DNA from: Dendrobates tinctorius
Lineage: Eukaryota
Reading direction: 5' to 3'
Length of the DNA stretch: 64,000 bases
NCBI RefSeq assembly: GCF_039654945.1
Contig: NW_027361989.1
Location: forward strand, 2,790,001-2,854,000
How positions within the stretch are numbered: position 1 is the stretch's first letter; every line of letters begins with the position of its first letter. Positions 13,585 through 23,525 of this stretch are shown here, piece by piece. The position numbers and the translations under genes were made by a program. Below the pieces are notes generated by a model that was given only the letters and a program-made list of their open reading frames with translations, did no database searches and was not told where the DNA came from.

Positions 13585-14910
13585 CTCCCTTATCCTCTCG
13601 TCACTTTGGTCACAGGCAGCTGTGCCATCGAGCGTGTGACATAGCGCTCAGATATCAGTGGGCCGCACACAATCCACAAGTGTCCAGTGTCCAAAAGTGT
13701 ACGCAGAGATTCAAAATCTCCATTATCCTCTCGTCACTTTGGTCACAGGCAGCTGTGCCATCGAGCGTGTCACATAGCGCTCAGATATCAGTGGGCCGCA
13801 CACAATCCACAAGTGTCCAGTGTCCAAAAGTGTACGCAGAGATTCAAAATCTCCATTATCCTCTCGTCACTTGGGTCACAGGCAGCTGTGCCATCGAGCG
13901 TGTCACATAGCGCTCAGATATCAGTGGGCCGCACACAATCCACAAGTGTCCACTGTCCACAAGTGTACGCAGAGATTCAAAATCTCCATTATCCTCTCGT
14001 CACTTTGGTCACAGGCAGCTGTGCCATCGAGCGTGTCACATAGCGCTCAGATATCAGTGGGCCACACACAATCCACAAGTGTCCACTGTCCACAAGTGTA
14101 CGCAGAGATTCAAAATCTCCATTATCCTCTTGTCACTTTGGTCACAGGCAGCTGTGCCATCGAGCGTGTCACATAGCGCTCAGATATCAGTGGGCCGCAC
14201 ACAATCCACAAGTGTCCAGTGTCCACAAGTGTACGCAGAGATTCAAAATCTCCATTATCCTCTCGTCACTTTGGTCACAGGCAGCTGAGCCATCGAGCGT
14301 GTCACATAGCGCTCAGATATCAGTGGGCCGCACACAATCCACAAGTGTCCAGTGTCCAAAAGTGTACGCAGAGATTCAAAATCTCCATTATCCTCTCGTC
14401 ACTTTGGTCACAGGCAGCTGTGCCATCGAGCGTGTCACATAGCGCTCAGATATCAGTGGGCCGCACACAATCCACAAGTGTCCAGTGTCCAAAAGTGTAC
14501 GCAGAGATTCAAAATCTCCATTATCCTCTCGTCACTTTGGTCACAGGCAGCTGTGCCATCGAGCGTGTCACATAGCGCTCAGATATCAGTGGGCCGCACA
14601 CAATCCACAAGTGTCCACTGTCCACAAGTGTACGCAGAGATTCAAAATCTCCATTATCCTCTCGTCACTTTGGTCACAGGCAGCTGTGCCATCGAGCGTG
14701 TCACATAGCGCTCAGATATCAGTGGGCCGCACACAATCCACAAGTGTCCACTGTCCACAAGTGTACGCAGAGATTCAAAATCTCCATTATCCTCTCGTCA
14801 CTTTGGTCACAGGCAGCTGTGCCATCGAGCGTGTCACATAGCGCTCAGATATCAGTGGGCCGCACACAATCCACAAGTGTCCACTGTCCACAAGTGTGTG
14901 CAGAAATTCT
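13585..14910. repeat. Tandem array, about 10 x 133 bp, inside the hAT upstream of the transposase
   Basis: tatcctctcg recurs every 133 bp from 13591 to 14788; units differ at only a few positions. Confidence 0.97.
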
Positions 14911-14995
14911 AAAACTCCCCTGTCCTATAGACACCTTGTACTTTGTTTTACATTACTATATAGTTTGTTGGATTTTGTCTACATTTCTACCAAAA

Positions 14996-17900
14996 ATGAG
15001 GAAGGCTGGTGGAAGAGGCCGTGGAATTGGGCGGGGGTTGGCAGCTGGTAATGATGGTGTTGGTGGTGGATCTGATGGTAGTGGCAAGAGCAAAATAGGA
15101 CCAAATGCAGGAGGTGCTGACCCTGCGTCATCGTCTGTCTACATAAGGCCTCGAACGCTTAGTTTTCTAGGAGTTGGCAAACCGCTTTTAAAGGCAGAGC
15201 ATCAGGAAAAAGTTTTGTCTTACATTGCTGACTCAGCCTCCAGCTCTATCGCCTCCTCTTCTTCAGTTGTAAAAAGTAAAAGCACTGAGTCGTCATTGGA
15301 GGCTCATGTTCATGAACCACACCTTTCCTTGTGTCCTTCACCCCAACCAAGATTGAAGGATGACGCAGGCCATACTACTGATTACTCCATGGAGCTGTTT
15401 TCACATACCATGCCTGGATTATCAAGTCAAATGGTGAATTACCCAGGCCAAGATGAATCTGACATGGAGTGCACTGATGCACAGCCGCTGATGGATGATT
15501 CTGCTGGTACATTCACTCAGAGCACTACATTGTCCTCGCAGTGTACAGAGCCAGATTTTGACCCTGATGAGACTCAGGTGCCCCTTCCCGCACACTATAC
15601 CACCATACATGGTGACACAGAGAAAGGTGCACATGACATAGAAGAGGAGGTGATGGATGACCCAGTTGTTGACCCAGATTGGCATCCATTGGGGGAAGAG
15701 GGTGCTGCTTCCAATAGCTCAGATGAGGAGCATCCACAGCAGACATCGACATCGCAACAGCTGTTATCTGGCAGGCCCGGAGCACTCCAAAGACAGGTTC
15801 CAAACATCAAAAGAGTTGCTGGACAGCTTGTCCAGAGGGTCAAAAGATCACAGCGTGCTAGGCCGCAAAATGTCTGCCAAAGTAGGAAGAGTGCAGTGTG
15901 GCACTTTTTTGAACAAAATCCTCATGATCAGGCCAAGGTTATCTGTAAGAAGTGCGCAAAGACCTTTAGCCGAGGGAAAAATCTGAAAAATTTGAATACC
16001 AGTTGCATGCTTAGACATTTAACCAGCATGCACTTGCAAGCGTGGACACAACACCAAACCTCAAGTGCCACATGTGCAACTGATCACAACGAAGGTAGTC
16101 AGCAACGCTACATTGTTTCCACCACTGTAAGCACACCGGTTAGCACAGCAGCAAATGTTGAGGTGTCGTTGCAAGGCCACAGCAGTCAGGGAATCCCACT
16201 GTTATATCAACGAAAGACTGATTCTAGGCCATCAGAAAGAACACCAACTACATCACCATCATCAACCCTCTCTCAGTCCGCCCTGTCCACCGCTACTTCC
16301 ACCATATGCAGCTCTCAAGTCCAGCTCACCCTCCCAGACACTATGAGTAGGTCAAGAAAGTACTCAGTCTCTCATCCGCGTACACTGGGTTTGAACGCCC
16401 ACATTGCCAAACTAATCTCGTTTGAGATGATGCCCTTTCGGTTGGTGGAAAGCACAGCTTTCCGCGAACTCATGGCCTATGCAGTACCACGCTATGACCT
16501 ACCCAGTCGCCATTTCTTCTCTCGCAAAGCCATCCCAGCCCTCCACCATCATGTGAAAGACCGCATTGTCCATGCACTCAAGCAGTCAGTGAGTGGAAAG
16601 GTGCACCTCACAACTGATGCATGGTCCAGTCTGCATGGCCAGGGCCGTTACGTGTCCATCACTGCGCACTGGGTTAATGTGGTGGATGCAGGGTCCACAG
16701 GGGACAGCGGTGGTGGGACAGTGCTGCCTAGCCCACGGTCTAGGAAACAGTTGGCTGTAGGCGTTCGACCCTCCTCCTCCTCCTCCTCCTCCAGAAGCGA
16801 CAGCTCATCCACAGAGCGCAGTCGTACGAGCACTCCATCTGCAGCTGCCACTGTTGCACACGATGTGTCCCCCTATCGAGCAGCTAGTGGAAAGCGTCAG
16901 CAGGCTGTGTTGCAGATGATGTGTTTGGGCGACAGACACACCGCCGAGGTGCTGGCCGAGTACTTGAAGCGACAAACTGAGTCATGGCTGGGCAGTGTAC
17001 ATCTTGAGGCAGGCAAGGTAGTTAGTGATAACGGCCGTAATTTTGTGGCAGCCATAGCCCTTTCAAAACTCAGCCACATACCTTGCTTGGCTCACACCTT
17101 GAACCTGGTGGTGCAGTGCTTCCTCAAAAATTATCCGGAGTTAACAGCCCTGCTCCAGAAGGTGCGAAGACTGTGCGCGCACATCCGCCGGTCGCCTGTA
17201 CACTCCGTTCGTATGCAGAAGCTGCAGCGATTGCTCCACCTTCCCAACCACCGCCTCATTATCGACATTGCAACAAGGTGGAACTCCACCCTGCACATGG
17301 TGGAGCGGCTGTGCGAGCAGAGGCAGGCCATAATGCATTTGTGGGAGGATACACGGCCAGGCACTTTGAGAGCAGACATGGAGTTGACAGGCGTGCAGTG
17401 GTCGAAGCTGAAAGACCTTTGTAAAGTCCTTCAGTGTTTTGAGGAATGCACACGGCTGGTAAGCGCAGACGACGCCATCCTAAGCATGAGCATCCCACTT
17501 ATGCGTCTGCTCATGCAAACTTTGACGCACCTTAAGGAGCAGGCGTCTGCAGCCAATGTTGATGAGGAGGAAGAGGAGGAGGGAATCCTTGATGACATTC
17601 AGCCATTGTCTGCTCAGGGACCTCTCCTGGACGAGGTGGAGGAAGAAGAGGAGGAGGAGGAGGAGGATGATGGGGATGATTACTTAGGGGAGGAGGATGC
17701 ATCTCATGGGGCAAGTGAAAATGTTGGCGTGGCAAGGTCTGGTACAGGGTTTGTGCGTGACTGGAGGGATGTGGATTTGCCAGAAAGTGCTCCTCCACCC
17801 AGCACTCGCAGTGCATCATTGACACCGGGAACATTGGCCCACATGTCAGATTATGCCTTGCAGATCCTAAAAAGGGACCCCCGCATTGCCAAAATGATGA

Positions 17901-18541
17901 ACGATGACGACTACTGGTTGGCCAGCATCCTGGATCCACGCTATAAAGGCAAATTACAAAACATCATGCCACAGGAGAACCTTGACCTAATATTGGCTAA
18001 TAAACAAGCAACTCTGGTAAATCGGTTGCTTGAGGCATTCCCAGCACACAGCAGCGGTGATGGTTCTCACACGAGCCGTACGGGCCGGGGGCAGCTTGGC
18101 AGAGGTGTTGGTGGTGCACACAGCAGAAGTGGCGTTGGAGACAGGGGTTTCATGACAATGTTGTGGACTGATTTTTCAAATACCGCTCACACAACTGGTA
18201 ATACTGCATCGATGGAAAGTGACAGGAGACAGCAGTTGTCAACTATCGTTACAAACTACTTTTCCTCCCATATCGATGTTCTCCCACACAGGTCATTCCC
18301 CTTTGACTATTGGGCCGCTAAACTGGACACCTGGCCTGAATTGGCCCAATATGCCTTACAGGAGCTCGCTTGCCCAGCTGCAAGTGTGCTATCGGAAAGA
18401 GTCTTCAGTGCAGCTGGATCAATCCTGACAGAAAAAAGGACCCGTCTGTCAACCCAAAATGTGGATGATCTAACCTTCATTAAAATGAACCATGCATGGG
18501 TTTCCAAGGATTTTGTCCCACCTTCCCCTGATGACACATAG
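14996..18541 (+). CDS. hAT-superfamily transposase (BED zinc finger, DDE, C-terminal dimerisation domain), 1181 aa, uninterrupted
   Basis: First in-frame ATG after the array is at 14996 (MRKAGGRGRG). BED: SAVWHFF..CKKC..LRHLTSMH. Catalytic LTTDAWSS, VSDNG, CLAH (CxxH), TRWNST, CPAASVLSERVFS; LDPRYK and RTRLS motifs. Confidence 0.95.
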   Translation: MRKAGGRGRGIGRGLAAGNDGVGGGSDGSGKSKIGPNAGGADPASSSVYIRPRTLSFLGVGKPLLKAEHQEKVLSYIADSASSSIASSSSVVKSKSTESSLEAHVHEPHLSLCPSPQPRLKDDAGHTTDYSMELFSHTMPGLSSQMVNYPGQDESDMECTDAQPLMDDSAGTFTQSTTLSSQCTEPDFDPDETQVPLPAHYTTIHGDTEKGAHDIEEEVMDDPVVDPDWHPLGEEGAASNSSDEEHPQQTSTSQQLLSGRPGALQRQVPNIKRVAGQLVQRVKRSQRARPQNVCQSRKSAVWHFFEQNPHDQAKVICKKCAKTFSRGKNLKNLNTSCMLRHLTSMHLQAWTQHQTSSATCATDHNEGSQQRYIVSTTVSTPVSTAANVEVSLQGHSSQGIPLLYQRKTDSRPSERTPTTSPSSTLSQSALSTATSTICSSQVQLTLPDTMSRSRKYSVSHPRTLGLNAHIAKLISFEMMPFRLVESTAFRELMAYAVPRYDLPSRHFFSRKAIPALHHHVKDRIVHALKQSVSGKVHLTTDAWSSLHGQGRYVSITAHWVNVVDAGSTGDSGGGTVLPSPRSRKQLAVGVRPSSSSSSSRSDSSSTERSRTSTPSAAATVAHDVSPYRAASGKRQQAVLQMMCLGDRHTAEVLAEYLKRQTESWLGSVHLEAGKVVSDNGRNFVAAIALSKLSHIPCLAHTLNLVVQCFLKNYPELTALLQKVRRLCAHIRRSPVHSVRMQKLQRLLHLPNHRLIIDIATRWNSTLHMVERLCEQRQAIMHLWEDTRPGTLRADMELTGVQWSKLKDLCKVLQCFEECTRLVSADDAILSMSIPLMRLLMQTLTHLKEQASAANVDEEEEEEGILDDIQPLSAQGPLLDEVEEEEEEEEEDDGDDYLGEEDASHGASENVGVARSGTGFVRDWRDVDLPESAPPPSTRSASLTPGTLAHMSDYALQILKRDPRIAKMMNDDDYWLASILDPRYKGKLQNIMPQENLDLILANKQATLVNRLLEAFPAHSSGDGSHTSRTGRGQLGRGVGGAHSRSGVGDRGFMTMLWTDFSNTAHTTGNTASMESDRRQQLSTIVTNYFSSHIDVLPHRSFPFDYWAAKLDTWPELAQYALQELACPAASVLSERVFSAAGSILTEKRTRLSTQNVDDLTFIKMNHAWVSKDFVPPSPDDT

Positions 18542-18960
18542 GGTTACAGAAAAATGGCTTGCTTTGGTCCACCTCTTCCTGGTACTTCACCTATTTCGCC
18601 TTTTGCATCAGTTGAATGTCCAACATCAACATATGCCACTTTCTAAAACTCCCTAACTGTGCTGCCTCCCCGCCCCATGGCAGGGGTCACCACCTAGCGC
18701 ACGACACCGTGCGAGTGCCGTTGCCCTGGACAGGTGGGTAGGCCGACTCTTGGGCGCGGGCACTGGCACAGGGTCCCTCATAGTGCAATCAAGTGTCTCT
18801 GATGGTGGTGGTGCACACCCGCCGTCAGACACACCGCTGTACTATGAGGGGCCCAGTGCCAGTACCGACACCCACGAGTGGGCCCCCCTTGCTTGGCCAG
18901 GGCCCCAGCATTTGCAATCTTTACCTCTCCCTGCTCCTCCGCTGTGTAATCTGGGCCGTC

Positions 18961-21900
18961 AAATCCATACTGTGCCTGACACCGTCTGAGCCTGCCTCCT
19001 GATGTATAGACATATATTTTGAATGTGTACGCTATCCATACATGTTATCCGGGGATACGTTACCCCTTCTAAACTTTGTGCAATGATGTGCAATCCATAC
19101 TGGGCCTAACACCGTCTGAGCCTGCCTCATGCTGTATAGACATATATTTTGAATGTGTACGCTATCCATACATGTTATCCGGGGATACGGTACCCCTTCT
19201 AACCTTTGTGCAATGACGTGCAATCCATACTGGGCCTAACACCGTCTGAGCCTGCCTCATGCTGTATAGACATATATTTTGAATGTGTACGCTATCCATA
19301 CATGTTATCCGGGGATACGGTACCCCTTCTAACCTTTGTGCAATGACGTGCAATCCATACTGGGCCTAACACCGTCTGAGCCTGCCTCATGCTGTATAGA
19401 CATATATTTTGAATGTGTACGCTATCCATACATGTTATCCGGGGATACGGTACCCCTTCTAACCTTTGTGCAATGACGTGCAATCCATACTGGTCCTAAC
19501 ACCGTCTGAGCCTGCCTCATGCTGTATAGACATATATTTTGAATGTGTACGCTATCCATACATGTTATCCAGGGATACGGTACCCCTTCTAACCTTTGTG
19601 CAATGACGTGCAATCCATACTGGGCCTAACACCGTCTGAGCCTGCCTCATGCTGTATAGACATATATTTTGAATGTGTACGCTATCCATACATGTTATCC
19701 GGGGATACGGTACCCTTTCTAACCTTTGTGCAATGACGTGCAATCCATACTGGGCCTAACACCGTCTGAGCCTGCCTCATGCTGTATAGACATATATTTT
19801 GAATGTGTACGCTATCCATACATGTTATCCGGGGATACGGTACCCCTTCTAACCTTTGTGCAATGACGTGCAATCCATACTGGGCCTAACACCGTCTGAG
19901 CCTGCCTCATGCTGTATAGACATATATTTTGAATGTGTAAGCTATCCATACATGTTATCCAGGGATACGGTACCCTTTCTAACCTTTGTGCAATGACGTG
20001 CAATCCATACTGGGCCTAACACCGTCTGAGCCTGCCTCATGCTGTATAGACATATATTTTGAATGTGTACGCTATCCATACATGTTATCCAGGGATACGG
20101 TACCCTTTCTAACCTTTGTGCAATGACGTGCAATCCATACTGGGCCTAACACCGTCTGAGCCTGCCTCATGCTGTATAGACATATATTTTGAATGTGTAC
20201 GCTATCCATACATGTTATCCGGGGATACGGTACCCCTTCTAACCTTTGTGCAATGACGTGCAATCCATACTGGGCCTAACACCGTCTGAGCCTGCCTCAT
20301 GCTGTATAGACATATATTTTGAATGTGTACGCTATCCATACATGTTATCCGGGGATACGGTACCCCTTCTAACCTTTGTGCAATGACGTGCAATCCATAC
20401 TGGGCCTAACACCGTCTGAGCCTGCCTCATGCTGTATAGACATATATTTTGAATGTGTACGCTATCCATACATGTTATCCGGGGATACGGTACCCCTTCT
20501 AACCTTTGTGCAATGACGTGCAATCCATACTGGGCCTAACACCGTCTGAGCCTGCCTCATGCTGTATAGACATATTTTTTGAATGTGTACGCTATCCATA
20601 CATGTTATCCGGGGATACGGTACCCCTTCTAACCTTTGTGCAATGACGTGCAATCCATACTGGGCCTAACACCATCTGAGCCTGCCTCATGCTGTATAGA
20701 CATATATTTTGAATGTGTACGCTATCCATACATGTTATCCGGGGATACGGTACCCCTTCTAACCTTTGTGCAATGACGTGCAATCCATACTGGGCCTAAC
20801 ACCGTCTAAGCCTGCCTCATGCTGTATAGACATATATTTTGAATGTGTACGCTATCCATACATGTTATCCGGGGATACGGTACCCTTTCTAACCTTTGTG
20901 CAATGACGTGCAATCCATACTGGGCCTAACACCGTCTGAGCCTGCCTCATGCTGTATAGACATATATTTTGAATGTGTACGCTATCCATACATGTTATCC
21001 GGGGATACGGTACCCCTTCTAACCTTTGTGCAATGACGTGCAATCCATACTGGGCCTAACACCGTCTGAGCCTGCCTCATGCTGTATAGACATATATTTT
21101 GAATGTGTACGCTATCCATACATGTTATCCAGGGATACGATACCCCTTCTAACCTTTGTGCAATGACGTGCAATCCATACTGGGCCTAACACCGTCTGAG
21201 CCTGCCTCATGCTGTATAGACATATATTTTGAATGTGTACGCTATCCATACATGTTATACGGGGATACGGTACCCTTTCTAACCTTTGTGCAATGACGTG
21301 CAATCCATACTGGGCCTAACACGGTCTGAGCTTGCCTCATGCTGTATAGACATATATTTTGAATGTGTACACTATCCATACATGTTATCCGGGGATATGG
21401 TACCCCTTCTAACCTTTGTGCAATGACGTGCAATCCATACTGGGCCTAACACCGTCTGAGCCTGCCTCATGCTGTATAGACATATATTTTGAATGTGTAC
21501 GCTATCCATACATGTTATCCAGGGATACGGTACCCTTTCTAACCTTTGTGCAATGACGTGCAATCCATACTGCGCCTAACACCGTCTGAGCCTGCCTCAT
21601 GCTGTATAGACATATATTTTGAATGTGTACGCTATCCATACATGTTATCCGGGGATACGGTACCCCTTCTAACCTTTGTGCAATGACGTGCAATCCATAC
21701 TGGGCCTAACACTGTCTGAGCCTGCCTCATGCTGTATAGACATATATTTTGAATGTGTACGCTATCCATACATGTTATCCGGGGATACGGTACCCCTTCT
21801 AACCTTTGTGCAATGACGTGCAATCCATACTGGGCCTAACACCGTCTGAGCCTGCCTCATGCTGTATAGACATATATTTTGAATGTGTACGCTATCCATA

Positions 21901-23525
21901 CATGTTATCCAGGGATACGGTACCCTTTCTAACCTTTGTGCAATCACGTGCAATCCATACTGGGCCTAACACCGTCTGAGCCTGCCTCATGCTGTATAGA
22001 CATATATTTTGAATGTGTACGCTATCCATACATGTTATCCGGGGATACGGTACCCCTTCTAACCTTTGTGCAATGACGTGCAATCCATACTGGGCCTAAC
22101 ACCGTCTGAGCCTGCCTCATGCTGTATAGACATATATTTTGAATGTGTACGCTATCCATACATGTTATCCGGGGATACGGTACCCCTTCTAACCTTTGTG
22201 CAATGACGTGCAATCCATACTGGGCCTAACACCGTCTGAGCCTGCCTCATGCTGTATAGACATATATTTTGAATGTGTACGCTATCCATACATGTTATCC
22301 GGGGATACGGTACCCCTTCTAACCTTTGTGCAATGACGTGCAATCCATACTGGGCCTAACACCGTCTGAGCCTGCCTCATGCTGTATAGACATATATTTT
22401 AAATGTGTACGCTATCCATACATGTTATCCGGGGATACGGTACCCCTTCTAACCTTTGTGCAATGACGTGCAATCCATACTGGGCCTAACACCGTCTGAG
22501 CCTGCCTCATGCTGTATAGACATATATTTTGAATGTGTACGCTATCCATACATGTTATCCGGGGATACGGTACCCCTTCTAACCTTTGTGCAATGACGTG
22601 CAATCCATACTGGGCCTAACACCGTCTGAGCCTGCCTCATGCTGTATAGACATATATTTTGAATGTGTACGCTATCCATACATGTTATCCGGGGATACGG
22701 TACCCCTTCTAACCTTTGTGCAATGACGTGCAATTCATACTGGGCCTAACACCGTCTGAGCCTGCCTCATGCTGTATAGACATATATTTTGAATGTGTAC
22801 GCTATCCATACATGTTATCCGGGGATACGGTACCCCTTTTAACCTTTGTGCAATGACGTGCAATCCATACTGGGCCTAACACCGTCTGAGCCTGCCTCAT
22901 GCTGTATAGACATATATTTTGAATGTGTACGCTATCCATACATGTTATCCAGGGATACGGTACCCTTTCTAACCTTTGTGCAATGACGTGCAATCCATAC
23001 TGGGCCTAACACCGTCTGAGCCTGCCTCATGCTGTATAGACATATATTTTGAATGTGTACGCTATCCATACATGTTATCCAGGGATACGGTACCCTTTCT
23101 AACCTTTGTGCAATGACGTGCAATCCATACTGGGCCTAACACCGTCTGAGCCTGCCTCATGCTGTATAGACATATATTTTAAATGTGTACGCTATCCATA
23201 CATGTTATCCGGGGATACGGTACCCCTTCTAACCTTTGTGCAATGACGTGCAATCCATACTGGGCCTAACACCGTCTGAGCCTGCCTCATGCTGTATAGA
23301 CATATATTTTGAATGTGTACGCTATCCATACATGTTATCCGGGGATACGGTACCCCTTCTAACCTTTGTGCAATGACGTGCAATCCATACTGGGCCTAAC
23401 ACCGTCTGAGCCTGCCTCATGCTGTATAGACATATATTTTGAATGTGTACGCTATCCATACATGTTATCCAGGGATACGGTACCCTTTCTAACCTTTGTG
23501 CAATCACGTGCAATCCATACTGGGC
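18961..23525. repeat. Tandem array, 35 x 130 bp, inside the hAT downstream of the transposase
   Basis: aatccatac recurs every 130 bp from 18962 to 23512 with no indels; most units carry a KpnI site (ggtacc). Confidence 0.98.

Noticed and set aside
13680-14995. 118-aa repeat ORFs and the 84-aa N-terminal extension of the 1265-aa ORF
   Set aside because: They start at non-ATG codons inside the 133-bp array; the first ATG in the transposase frame is at 14996.
14996-18541. Domesticated ZBED host gene (ZBED4/ZBED6)
   Set aside because: Perfect TIRs and TSD show it is still within a transposon, so no gene symbol is assigned.
18961-23525. CRISPR-like array, or a cluster of 63-aa genes
   Set aside because: Units are contiguous and near-identical with no unique spacers and no cas genes; the repeated ORFs are a by-product of the 130-bp period.
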